A stretch of DNA of 63,290 nucleotides, counting the filler, from Octopus bimaculoides (lineage: Eukaryota): assembly GCF_001194135.2 (NCBI RefSeq). It is 6 parts of 6 records of this genome, joined end to end, with 100 filler letters (N's around TTAATTAATTAA, not from the genome) between each part and the next. Parts side by side here need not be neighbours in the genome. Positions count along the whole stretch, not along the records: positions 1 to 10,258 come from NC_068985.1; positions 10,359 to 28,018 come from NC_068997.1; 4 more parts are not named here. The stretch is one strand, 5' to 3'. Below the pieces are notes generated by a model. That model searched no databases, was not told the DNA's origin, and worked only from the letters and a program-made list of their open reading frames with translations. Below, piece by piece: positions 1 to 11,439 of the stretch (within the stretch, counting starts at the first letter, position 1; each line of letters starts with the position of its first letter). The translations under genes and the position numbers were made by a program.

Positions 1-29
<29 letters not shown>
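1..29. repeat. (TA)n microsatellite
   Basis: Pure TA dinucleotide run at window start. Confidence 0.95.
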
Positions 30-37
<8 letters not shown>

Positions 38-56
38 TTATGTGCTGTCTAAGTAT

Positions 57-115
57 ATTCCACTGATGAAGGTAGAGCATTTCTTATGCAGAGCTAGAAA
101 TCCGGGATCTGGAAT
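57..115 (+). ncRNA. Type I hammerhead ribozyme-like motif (PLE-type, short palindromic stem III)
   Basis: Stem I ATTCCA(57-62)/TGGAAT(110-115); core CTGATGA 63-69; stem II region with inner GCAT/ATGC hairpin (77-89); GAAA 97-100; stem III ATCC/GGAT; cleavage triplet AUC (C109). Confidence 0.65.
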
Positions 116-1059
116 TATCCAGTAATTTTTTTGCTAGTTTATTTTCTCTCTTTGTCTTCTCTCCTGGTGCTGTATGAACATTTAATATGGTTTTAGAGTC
201 AAGTTTTGGCTGCTATTTCCAGCATGGTGGTATCTCTTAGATGCCCTAAATTATAATTTTAATAATAATTATTACCTTTGAGGTTTCTATTCCCATGCTG
301 GCCACCTGATAAGATCGGAATTTATATAACGATCTTATCCTTATTTATATTATATATATCTATATATATGCATATACGTATGTTTGTATGTACAAATGAA
401 TGAATGAGAGGGGTGAACAAATTAGTAAGTCAACAGTTTGCTTAGACATACATGTTCACATTTGTTTACGTGTTGCGTTTCCTCATCACGGTAGAACCTT
501 CTTGGTATTAGATAAAGTAGAACAATGTTAATTTTTATCAGACAATCTAAGGACAAAAACGTTTACATTGTGTTCAAAATATTTTCAAAATAATAAAAGA
601 CCATTTGTTATTTGTTTCAATAGAAAACCGATCAATGAAAGAACCACAGTATAAATGGATGTTAGTAAACGGATAGAGAAAGAAGACTGGCGCCGCAAAT
701 GGCTTATTTATTCACAAGAGAAAATGGCATTGCATTCTTTAGTTGTTACTTTCGGGATATGCTAATCAGTCGTCATCCCAAAATGAAAAGGAATCATTCA
801 TTGCAAAATAAATAAATAAATGAATAAATAAAAACTCACACTCACACATGCACACAGAGAGACAGTCTTCAAACCAATGAAAATAGCAAAATTGTACTCA
901 CACAATGCGAGAAATTGAAATACGTCTTTTGAGAAAATTGTGAAATCATTAACATGTAATTTCAACCTCAAATTTTATTTGAAAAAAAATTTAAATGACA
1001 AGAAATTCTTAATTTGTTTGACAATTCAAAATCCTGAGTTGCAACAATGAATTTGAGAC

Positions 1060-1425
1060 ATACATAGATACATACATACATACATACATATATACATACA
1101 TACATACATACATACATGCATACATACATACGTACGTACGTACATACATACATACATACATACATTCATGCATACATGTATACATAAATATATTATTATG
1201 TATGATTGTGTGTCTGCGTGTATGTATATATGTGTGTGTGTGTATATTTATATGTATATCTGTTTATATATGTCTGTTTGTATATATGCATATATATATG
1301 CATGTTTCTATTTATATATATATATTACATATAAATATAATATATGTTTATACATAGATACATACATACATACATACATATATACATATATATACAAACA
1401 TACATGCATACATACATACATACAT
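1060..1425. repeat. Compound (TACA)n/(TA)n/(TG)n microsatellite
   Basis: Imperfect TACA and TA arrays; source of the MYVC/HTYI-type spurious ORFs. Confidence 0.9.
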
Positions 1426-1429
1426 TGCT

Positions 1430-1765
1430 GCTGAGACCCCCTTCGGTCATAGTTGACCATGAGATTGCACCTAGAAAGTTACCCTCCCAGGCACAAGTCC
1501 GGACAAGGTTGTTTTTTTGGAAGACCAGCAGTCGCCCATGCATACCGGCCTCCCCTCTCCACGCCACCGATGTTATCCAAGGGAAAGGCAAAGGGGCCGA
1601 TACAGCTTGGAACCTGTGACATTGCAACTCATATCTACAGCTGAGTGAACTGGAGCAACGTGAAATGAAGTGTCTTGCTCAAGAACACAACACGCAGCCC
1701 TGTCCGGGATTCGAACTCACAACCTCACGATAGCTCGACGCTCTAACCACTGAGCCATGCGCCTT
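1430..1765 (-). mobile_element. tRNA-derived SINE, local family A
   Basis: Minus strand begins GGCGCATGGCTCAGTGGTTAGAGCG (A box) ... GTTCGAATCC (B box); homologous copy at 49155-49478. Confidence 0.85.
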
Positions 1766-1824
1766 CACTATACATACATACATACATACATACATACATA
1801 CATACATGTCTATTTATCTATCTA

Positions 1825-3618
1825 AGCGCTCGAGTTCCCTTTACAACCAAGATATATAAATGACTTCGCATAGTCTAAGTTGTTCTCATCAATATGTATA
1901 GGACTGTCAAGGAAACTGTGAACCGGTGACCCAGATCGACGCCTCAAGTTTGCTTAGGATGAGGGCAAGTTTGGTGGATCACTTCCGACTGCTTTATGCT
2001 GATAATCAATCTAAAGGCTTTACATGCAGCAGAAGACCGATGTAGAAGGTTCTGAGCGTTCGCCAAGGAGGTCGTTACTAGTGTAACATCATCTGCAAAA
2101 GGCAGATCACGGTTGACACTGGTGCGTAGCAGTGTTTTGGCTTTGTAACGCCGATGATTAAATAGTCCAGCACTCAAACTGGAATTGGACACAAATGTGT
2201 ATGTTACCAAAAACATACCTTAACATCACTAAAAAGAAGAGTGCAAACAAAACAGGGGCCATAGCACAACCTTGTTTTGTGCCGTTTGTAACATCGAAGG
2301 AAACCGAAGATTCCCCGCTGGACACGATAACAGCCGTCAACCTCTCGTGAAAAGAGATGATAACATTCAACATCTTGTCAGGTATACCAAGTTTTTACAG
2401 AACTTTCCATAGTGCTTGCTGGTTAACAGTGTTGAAGGCTCTTAGTAAGGTCAACGAACACCATTAACAACTCTTGATTTTTCTCTCGTTACTTTCTCGA
2501 TAACCTGACGAAGGGAAAAGATCATGCCGATAGTGCCACGACCAGAGCGAAATCCGCACCATGATTCTGGATAGATATAATTTATGATGTGTTTGATGAT
2601 CTCGTCAAGAACGAGTCGAGTAAGGATCTTACCAGCAATAGACAGAAGCGATATCCCACGATGGTTATCACATACACTTCTATTTCGTTTGTTCTTATAA
2701 AGATGCTGAAAGGAAGCATCATTAAAGTCTTGTGGTACACGGCCTACCCTCAAATATTTATGAAGAGGTCATGCAATTTCTTGAAGAGCTTCTGTCCACC
2801 ATGCTTGTAGAATTCAAGAAGGACAGCGCCTTGCCGAATGCTTTACCAGAAGAGCTCTCTTTAACAGAGTTTACCACTTCCAAGAAAGGTGGCTCCAGAG
2901 ACAATTCCGGTATCTCAGTGTGCTGTGGAGTAGACATTATGGCGTCGTCATTAGTGACTGAGGTGGAGTTCGATACAGCTTCGAAGTGGTCTTTCTATCG
3001 TTTCAGGATGTCCTATTTATCAGTTAAAAGTGTCTCTCAATTGGATGAAAAAATAGGAGTGATATCGTGCTCTTGAGGACCATACGCTTTCTTGAGGCCA
3101 TCATAGAAAGCATTAGAATCCTTTCTGTCCTCGACTTCTTGGAATTCAGTAGCCTTGGAATTCAGTAGCCTTGGAAAACCACCAAGCCTTCTTCATCTGT
3201 CACAGAGTACGTTGGGCCTGGCCTCTGCATTTCTTAAAAGCATTCCTTTTTCTGGATGAGCTTTTATCATTTATCCATGTTTTATAAGAGCTGTGCATTT
3301 TATCTATCAAATGCTGAACATTTGTACTTTTATCACTGAACCAATCTTGATGATTACGGACAGGAAGTCCGGGAATCACTGATACTCTTTTACTCTTTAC
3401 TCTCTTTTACTTGTTTCAGTCATTTGACTGTGGCCATGCTGGAGCATCGCCTTTAGTCGAGCAAATCGACCCCAGGACTTATTCTTTGTAAGCCTAGTNN
3501 NNNNNNNNATTCTATTGGTTCCTTTTGCCGAACCGCTAAACTACGGGGACGTAAACACACCACCATCGGTTGTCAAGTGATGCTGGGGGGACAAACACAG
3601 ACACACAAGCATACACAC

Positions 3619-3661
<43 letters not shown>

Positions 3662-4811
3662 CATATATACGACGGGCTTCTTTCAGTTTCCATCTACCAA
3701 ATCCACTCACAAAGCTTTGGTCGGCCCGAGCCTATAGTAGAAGACACTTGCCCAAGGTGCCACACAGTGGGACTGGACCCGGAACCATGTGGTTGGTAAG
3801 CAAGCTACTTACCACACAGCCACACCTGCGCCTATGATGTCAACAGTGTTGAGTGCAGTGTCCAGCTTGATAGAGATCTCAGTCGGCTTTTCAGCGGTTT
3901 CAAAGGCAGAAGATTAATTCGCTTAGTGTTGTGTGTTTCAGATGCAACGTAACCTTAACTACGAAGAAGAGAATGGTCAGAGATAGCAGATGCTATGAAA
4001 GGAACGTGTAATGTTAAAGTTCCTAATATTTCGCTTCTTAGTAATAACATCTGGGGAGGACACAGACAGTACAGTTACTCATAAGTTCTGTGGTGGAAAG
4101 GCTATCACCCAATGGTCGCCGACTTTGGGGAGATCCAGCAAGAGCCATGTTTTTCAAGTCTTTGATATGGCAATCCTTAAATCTAGGATGTATCCATGAC
4201 ATCTTGCAACAATTCCGCTGTTGGAAATATGGTATTTGTGATGCTTAGACTGGATTCCCTGCAGATGGAGAGCGAATGCAGACCGCTAGACATCATTCGA
4301 CGTACACTATGCCGACCAAGTACACCCTTCCATGTCTAATGATCAGTACCAACACGAGCGTTAAAGACGCCCATAAGAATAAGTTTATCTCTATGGTGCC
4401 AGCTGGAGATGACAGGTTGTAAAACCATCCGTTTCCTGCTCAGTACTGACCATGATTGGAGCATAGCAACTGACAATCGTAGCACGAGTGTTATGATCAA
4501 GTTCCAACGTTAGAAATACCTTTGGGTAGTGAAAGACGGGATCTAGCTACTTCTGCCTTGAGGGCGAAACCAATGCCAGAGTGGCACAGCTCATCCTCAT
4601 TTCTTCCACACCAGAAAAATATGTATCCACCTTTACTTCCCTCTAACTGCGATGATCCTGCAAGACGAGTTTCACTGAGTGCAGCTATGTCAATGTTGTA
4701 TTTCTTTAGTTCAAGGGCAACCAGAGCTGTTTTTCATTCTGGTAATGAGTGACTGTCTTGGAGAGTGCGCACATTCCAAGAACCAAGGTTATTATTCTTA
4801 GATTTCTTCAT
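1825..4811 (-). pseudogene. RTE ORF (APE endonuclease + reverse transcriptase), frameshifted
   Basis: ORF pieces 2451-2753, 2158-2373 and 1944-2216 carry consecutive RT motifs in different frames; EN motifs LGSWNVRTL, IDIAALSETR, SWIHPR, SDHSLL read by hand. Confidence 0.88.
3385..3832 (-). mobile_element. SINE, local family B (tRNA-like head, internal CA/TA microsatellite), nested in RTE
   Basis: Head GGCGCAGGTGTGGCTGTGTGGTAAG, core GTGAGTGGATTTGGTAGATGGAAACTGAAAGAAGCCCGTC, tail CCAGCATGGCCACAGTCAAATGACTGAAACAAG; >10 copies or fragments in the window. Confidence 0.9.
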
Positions 4812-6335
4812 GTTTCGACTGCGTTACTGAATAAGCAGACAGCTGCAGCGAGCTGCCAAGTTTAAGGTGAAAGCAGTGCTGCGTTTAAATAGACCTGCTT
4901 TGTCACCACTGGAGGACACGGACAGCGCAGTTACTCACAAGTTCTGTGATAGAAAGGCCATCGCCCAATGGTCGGCGACTGTGTAGAGATCCAGCAAGAG
5001 ACTTCAGGTAATATACTTTACCTGTCCCTGCTGCTTTTACTCTCTCGCTAGATGATATTTTTGTCTTTGCAAGTTGGAACTGTGCTACTGAATCAATAAA
5101 TGTAAGTTGTCAGAAAACCCACACATATGATTTGGTTTAAGTGTTAAATGCTTTTTGAAAGTGATGATAACAAGAATATGGTGCACCTATGTGCCACAAT
5201 GCACCTCAGGCTTTTTCTTCCGAGGTTTTCCTCTCTCAGACAAGCCACTATAAACACGCTGGAGAGCCTAGTCTATCCTACGAGTCAAAGTTTGCTGATG
5301 GTACAGCTCTGTTAAGGTGACCCTCAGCAATCAAAGACCTGATTTTATATCGGAAGTTTCCCTCTCCTAGAAGGGATGCCTTCACCACGGTTAAGAAGCC
5401 CTATTTTCTCCCTAAAAATTTGAATATGTAAAATGTGAATAAAATAAAATATATAAGCATATGAAATAAAATAAAATAATATAAAATAAAAATAAAATAA
5501 TATAAAATAAAAATAAAATAGAATAACAACAGTATATATATAAACATATAGTTTTGGATGACCGTTGACTACTCATGACTTCCTCTGACCTGTGTGTGTA
5601 TGTGTGTGTGTGTGTTTTTTGTGTGTGTGTATACACTTAAATCTGTATGTATTTTATTAACATACATATACGTGTTTATATACGTATGTTTGTAAATAAT
5701 ATACATACATAAGATAATGAAAGAGTATCGAACCAAACACAATCATTCTACTACATGTATATTATTTACGACTAATTTATCCGTTACATTCTCGTATTTT
5801 ACGTCCGATACTAAATTTGAAACGGATTTATCTATTTTAAGTGACGTATTAAGACTGTCTTTCTCTGTGAACCTTACTCGATTTGTTAAAAACATCCGTG
5901 TGAAAATTTACTCATAACTCATTAATTGTACATTAATTTTTCGCGGAAACTTTTCTTTTGTTAATAAAACAATATACGGTTGATTATTTTCCTATCATTT
6001 TCAATATTAGAAACGATCACACGGATGCTTGAAATTTACTAATACGGAAATACCAATGAATCATCGCTCAGACTAATGACTTTTACCCAACAGATCCTCA
6101 GTATAACGCATACAATACGAGGGAACGACGATAAAAATAATAATATTAGTTAATATTTATTTCCTTTTCATTAAAATCACAAAGGCTTCTTATTTTAAAC
6201 AGCAAAAAAGCATTCTGGAATTGTCGATATGTCAAGAATTCTGAAATTTTCAAGAATATTAGAGGGAATTAATGGTGAAAGTTATTGTCAAGATGTCAAA
6301 CGGACTCGCGAGTTCGATTCGCAGTTTTATTTAAA

Positions 6336-6901
6336 ACTAGCTGAATAGCCCGTCGTTGCCAGGCAATTTTTACAATTAATTGTCTTATATAAATTTTCAT
6401 TTATTCCATATCAAAGCATGCCTTTCTCGACAGATAGGACAGATTTGTGCAAAGTTTTGCCAAAAATTTCGTTGAGGATTTTTTTTTACTTTTTAAATTA
6501 TTTACATGTCTGTTCGACCATTTCACATGACTTTATTCATTAAAACTTCATCAGTTCTTACAACTTTGGTCGTCATAATGTTTTGCATTCGTTTGTTTAA
6601 TAAAAAATACCTTCTCCTAATGATTTTGCTTTCATTCTGTGATAGACAGCAATCAGGCAGAAAATACCTGCTTCCAAATCCTGCTTTCTGATTAGGTAAA
6701 ATTGATTAGACTTTAAACCTCTGTAACATTTTCTGGAACTTTTCTGCAACAAAAAAATAACAAAATCGGATTTAACGTAGAAAATTATTTCAATAAAATA
6801 TATTTGGAAATTTTGACGTAATTTTAAAATCTCACAATATATGATAGCAACAGGGAAGACACTACAAAAGTAGAGGCAGACAGTTACAGGACGTAACACA
6901 T

Positions 6902-6979
<78 letters not shown>

Positions 6980-7378
6980 TTACAAACGTACACACAAGTA
7001 GTCACAAATTTAAAATGGTGTATAGTAGACATATGTGTGTTTGTATGTATGTACGTACGTATGTGTGTGTCTGTGTGTGAGAATTTGTTTGCGATGGCCA
7101 GCAAAAAAGTTACCTACCCCTTTTCTCCTTAACGCTTCGTATTCCTCACACCACCATTTCTGTGTGTATGTATTGTATTTATGTATTTGCAAAAGTATGT
7201 ATGCAGCGTCGCATGTATATGACAGCTGTAAAAACGTCACACCCCATTTCCATCACTGCTCTCACCTTCTTTGATATAAGTAACATGAATGCAAAGTTTC
7301 GTGAATATTGGTTCACTGGTTTGGGCACTAAGATGGTAAGAGACAGACAGACAGAAATTATCATTTATATATGTAGAT
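6336..7378 (+). mobile_element. Non-autonomous Helitron/Helentron-like element (HINE/Lep1-like)
   Basis: 5' ACTAGCTGAATAGCCCGTCGTTGCCAGGC and 3' CAAAGTTTCGTGAATATTGGTTCACTGGTTTGGG...(GACA)n...TTTATATATGTAGAT resemble the ends of invertebrate HINE/Lep1-type elements; internal microsatellites. Confidence 0.5.
6905..6978. repeat. (CA)n microsatellite
   Basis: Pure CA run. Confidence 0.95.
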
Positions 7379-7589
7379 GGTGCATAATATCTGTTACAAA
7401 TTACAGAAAAATACTTTATGAAGGGAGTTTCTCGTAGTCTGAGAATGACGGCTCTTCAATTTGTAGTAGAACAACGTACACAAAGAGTTTGTTTATAGTG
7501 ATCATATGCATGTGTTGTACATTAGCTCACTCCCTCCATCAAATCGAAATATCTGAACAGGTGAACGGTGTATCCTACTTCAGGTGTCA

Positions 7590-7718
7590 AAGTGATAGCG
7601 AAGCAATGTCAGATGAAGTGTTTTGCTCAAGAACGCAACGCCACACCTGGTCTAGGAATTGAAACTACGATCCAAAGATCGCGAGTGCAGCACCCCTAAC
7701 CACTAAGCCAAGCGCCCT
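7590..7718 (-). mobile_element. tRNA-derived SINE head fragment
   Basis: Minus strand GGCGCTTGGCTTAGTGGTTAGGGG...GTTTCAATTCC...TTGAGCAAAACACTTCATCTGAC, related to family A. Confidence 0.65.
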
Positions 7719-7939
7719 CAATAGAAAATCACAATATATGATTTTATAAAGAAACAGATATTTATTGTTGTTTTTTCTCAGTTTCTTTAGTTCTTTCAGT
7801 GTGTGTCTCTGTGTATGGAGGGGGTGGTCGGTAGTAAACAGAGCATGACCGTCTATCGTGTACAATATTTCTTTTATTAAAGACAGAATGGTATAGGGAG
7901 ATTTCGCTGCTATTTTTTGCCAGTCGATCGGCAATGGTA

Positions 7940-8205
7940 CAGGCTTTCCTCTTTTTCGGAATGGATAAAATAAGTTCCTATTTAACACAGGAGTCGATGT
8001 GATCGGTTAGCCCTTTCCCGCTAAATTTCAAGTCTTATACCTTATAGCAGAATGAAATATTATTATTCTAAACGGCTCTTTATGTTCTGAGTTCAAATCC
8101 CAACAGGATCTACTTTGTCTATCATCCTTTCAGGGTCGATAAAATAAGTGCCAATTGTCGGATCACCTTCCCAGATTTCTCGTCTTTTGCCTATATTAGA
8201 AACAA
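7940..8205 (+). mobile_element. Degenerate SINE family D fragments
   Basis: GTTCTGAGTTCAAATCC...CATCCTTTCAGGGTCGATAAAATAAGT and GGAGTCGATGTGATCG match family D copies at 30.8, 51.5, 52.6 and 60.3 kb. Confidence 0.55.
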
Positions 8206-8723
8206 AAACAATTATTATTATGTTGAAACAAGCAATCAAGTGCTGTCAGTGACGGAGCGTACAACCCAGTGTGTGGGAATGAAAGTCACGAGGCTCAATA
8301 TCACTGCGTGTGTGGGTGTGTATGTGTTTGTGTGTGTGAATTTAATAATGAAACCTTATTAAAATTCGACACACAAAATTTTCGCACAAAATGTTACTGA
8401 TATCAACAACAACAGAAAGAGCGAAACAAACAAACAAACAAACAAACAAAGCTTGCGGTTTTGTTTCCGGAAGTTCAGACAATTTATCTGAAACGCAATG
8501 AGATATAGAAATGAATAAGAGATTTGTTTTACTTTTTAAATCCTAAGTGTTGGCTTCCGTCTGAAATAGCATATTTTTAGTTTATATTCCAATTCATTTT
8601 TTTGTTTCAGATTTCAAGTTGCTAATTATTCAAAGGTCAAAAATAACCTGGGGGGGGGGGGGGGGGGATTATTTATTTCTTTTATCTTGCTTATTGTTTT
8701 ATTTATTCATTTTTTAATCTTTT

Positions 8724-8966
8724 CCTTGTTTCAGTCATGGAGGCCATGTTGGGGCAACCCGCAGAAGAATATTACTAGAAAGAATCGGCCCCATTCCTAT
8801 TTTTCGAAAGCCTGGTACTTATTCTATCGTTCCCTTTTTCCCAACCGCTAAGTTACGGGGACGTAAACTCACCCATACCGGTTGTCAAGGGAGGTGGGGA
8901 CGAACACAGACACAAAGACAGGTATACACACAGACACACACACACACACACACACGCACACATATA
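8724..8966 (-). mobile_element. SINE family B, 3' half (split by Tc1 insertion)
   Basis: GTTTCAGTCAT..GGCCATG..., AAGTTACGGGGACGTAAAC, then a CA repeat into which the Tc1 is inserted. Confidence 0.8.
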
Positions 8967-8968
8967 TA

Positions 8969-10231
8969 CACAGACATGCAGGAAGTAAATAGACACCTTT
9001 AATTTTCAAAATTTCTGACCTAAGCGTCTTAATATGTTTTCAGTGGTGTAGAATTTACAATGTAGTTATTCTTTTTCATTCCAGGTGCCATTATATTGAA
9101 CATTTCTGAAGAGTAACCATGCCACGCAAGAATTCAGCAGAACTGTCAGATTTTCAAAGAGGTCGTATTGTTGGGCAATCTGAGGCTGGTCTTAGCCAGC
9201 GAAAAATTGCCGAAAATCTTCAAATTCCTCTTGCTACTGTTAATAGAATTATGGTGCAATTCAAAATCCAGAGAAAAGAATCAACAGATTGTCGTCCCGG
9301 CTGACCTGGGCCTTCGGAAAGGAAGCTTCGCTGTTTGAAGAGAATTGTGGAAAACGAACTCCGTTCGAAGGCTTCTGGCATTGCAAAACAGCTAGAAGTT
9401 AGTCCAAGAACGTGTGTTACATACCTGCATAAGCTTGGGTATTATGGACGAGCATCTAGAGAGAAAAACCTCTCCTTCAACCAATTAATATCATGTGAAG
9501 AAAGAAATGGGCTAAAATCCAATTCATTTTGGGATAGAGTGATATTCTCAGATGAATCCAGATTTGTATTATATTCAGACAGTAGACGTGTTTAGGTCTG
9601 GAGGCTTCCCAATCAAGAATTTGATTTGAAACGACTCCAACTGACGGCGAAACATGGCGGTATCTCTATAATGGTATGGGGAGCTGTCACCAGCAATGGT
9701 CGTTCTGAGCTGATCGAATGTGTTGGAACCATAAACTCTGAAAAATACATCGAAATACTTATGCAAGGACTATTTCCGATATATTCACACGATAACATAA
9801 CGAAAAACGAGTTTTTACTCATGGAAGATGGAGCTCCATGCCACAGAACAAAAAGGAATCAACAATGGCTGACTGAAAATGGGATCAAAAAAGCTTTCTT
9901 GGCCGAGCCAATCTCCTGACATGAACCCAATTGAAAATCTTTCGAGCATACGAGATAAAGCTATACGTAAAACTCGACAGAAACCTAAATCTAAAGAGGA
10001 ATTGTTTCGATTGTTGCGTGAAAACTTGGAAGAAATTCCACAAGAGACAATCACAAAGCTCATCAGTTCAGTGCCAAAAAGAGTTTCTGAATTAAAAACT
10101 GCAAAGGGATTGTCAACTAAATACTAAAGTATGTGGTCCTACCTATCGATTACATTTCAATTATTCGCTTTGCGTATTAAATAAAAGATTATAAGATTTA
10201 GAGGTGTCTATTTACTTCCTGCAAGTCTCTG
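8969..10231 (+). mobile_element. Tc1 DNA transposon (DD34E), complete ends
   Basis: 30-bp TIRs 8969-8998 and 10202-10231 (28/30 match), each flanked by TA; internal transposase; 1263 bp. Confidence 0.93.
9119..10127 (+). pseudogene. Tc1 transposase, frameshifted
   Basis: [22 protein letters not shown]; WDRVIFSDESRF; KHGGISIMVWG; EDGAPCH; WPSQSPDMNPIENL. D-to-E spacing is 34 after removing one A from the A-run near 9890. Confidence 0.92.
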
Positions 10232-10258
10232 TATGTATGTATATATATATATATATAT

Positions 10259-10358
10259 NNNNNNNNNNNNNNNNNNNNNNNNNNNNNNNNNNNNNNNNNN
10301 NNTTAATTAATTAANNNNNNNNNNNNNNNNNNNNNNNNNNNNNNNNNNNNNNNNNNNN
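10259..10358. other. 100-bp assembly gap with artificial TTAATTAATTAA linker
   Basis: 44 N + TTAATTAATTAA + 44 N; the same linker sits inside gaps at 28063, 45296, 59356 and 61737. Confidence 0.9.
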
Positions 10359-10395
<37 letters not shown>

Positions 10396-10404
<9 letters not shown>

Positions 10405-10568
10405 TACGATGGACTTTTTTCAGTTTCCATGTACGAAATCCACTCACGCGGCTTTCGTCAGCCCAAGACTACAGTAGAAGACGCTTGCCCAAGGCGCCAT
10501 GGGATGGGATTGAACCCGGAATCATGTGGTTTGGAAGTAAGCTCCTCACCTCACAGCCACGCCTGCGC
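10396..10568 (-). mobile_element. SINE family B, 5' half (partner of 8724-8966)
   Basis: CAGTTTCCAT..AAATCCACTCAC..GCTTT..TAGAAGAC.CTTGCCCAAGG..CACAGCCACGCCTGCGC. Confidence 0.8.
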
Positions 10569-10739
10569 ATACTTCATTATTTTTTTTATTCTTTCTCTGA
10601 TTAATTGAACATAGATGAATGACGCTAAACCTCTTAAAAACTATACTTGAAAGGTCTTTCCAACACAAGTATCATCACAGAAGTTTAGGTTATGTTCTTC
10701 GATCTGTTTTTAATTCGGTTCATCCGAAAAGAATTTTGT

Positions 10740-11050
10740 TTTAGAATCCAAGAAATTTAAAGTTAAAATTTGATTTACTTTGCTTTATATCAAAACTAGA
10801 GTGTTTAGAAAGAAAAGAATGAAATAATGCGACTGATTTTCACCGAAAGAACTCGCTATCGATACGTCATGGTTTGCAGCATACATCCCGACGAAAAACT
10901 GAATGTTTGTTGTTGGTTATAAAACTGACTTTGCAGGTTTTCATTAAGTCTCTGTTGAATTTTATTTTTATAACCAGCCATAACTGCAACATTGTCATAA
11001 TATTTTGATCGAGTCTTACAAAGGCATTTCGACTTTTGCAAGTTAATCCA
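10740..11050 (-). pseudogene. hAT-like transposase remnant
   Basis: Minus-strand peptide C..RSKYYDNVAVMAGYKNKIQQRLNE plus shifted FITNNKHS resembles the hAT segment CRGQxYDxAxxMAG...VQQRI...FxxCxxHSLNL. Confidence 0.5.
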
Positions 11051-11123
11051 AAATTACTTCTTGGATATCTTGAATCTTCGTGTGCGTACGTGCGTGCGTG
11101 TGTATGTATGTGTGCGTGTGTGT

Positions 11124-11161
<38 letters not shown>

Positions 11162-11439
11162 ATGTCCAAAATGTTAATAATATTCCACGCAAGTCTGGAG
11201 GTATGGAAAAATATGTAGTATCTATATTAAATATCGCCACTATCTTATATCCCACGTGTGATGTAGATCGATTAGCGTTTCAAGGATGTGCAACAACAGT
11301 ATATCGCCTGCATGCGAATGTATTTCAAACAATACCAGGAATAATTAAACTAGTAATAACACTCATAATAAGTGTACTAAAACAATAACTATAATAATTA
11401 GGGATTATATAAAATCAAAGGTAAATGATACCATAGAGG

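Larger units (their letters stand above)
1825..5410 (-). mobile_element. RTE-clade LINE, near full-length 5' region, 3'-truncated, decayed
   Basis: APE endonuclease start MKKSKNNNLGSWNVRTL (ATG 4811); RT motifs NHRGISLLSIAGKILTR, CGFRSGRGT, GTKQGCAMAPVLF, LPFADD, FIYLG; GC-richer putative 5' UTR to ~5410; interrupted by a SINE at 3385-3832. Confidence 0.9.

Noticed and set aside
968-1627. Long ORFs such as MYVCMYVC..., HTHTHT..., and all X-containing ORFs across the window
   Set aside because: Translations of microsatellites or of N-gaps; no domain content.
1695-1765. tRNA-like sequences (also at 7650-7718, 46370-46440, 49410-49478, 55078-55150)
   Set aside because: They are SINE heads continuing into SINE bodies; no complete cloverleaf with paired acceptor stem.
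8650-8667. G18 homopolymer (and G12 at 53920-53931) as G-quadruplex elements
   Set aside because: Simple homopolymers with no further context; length unreliable in assemblies.
10303-10314. Recurrent TTAATTAATTAA motif (five copies)
   Set aside because: Always centred in fixed-length N gaps; an assembly linker with stops in all frames, not biology.
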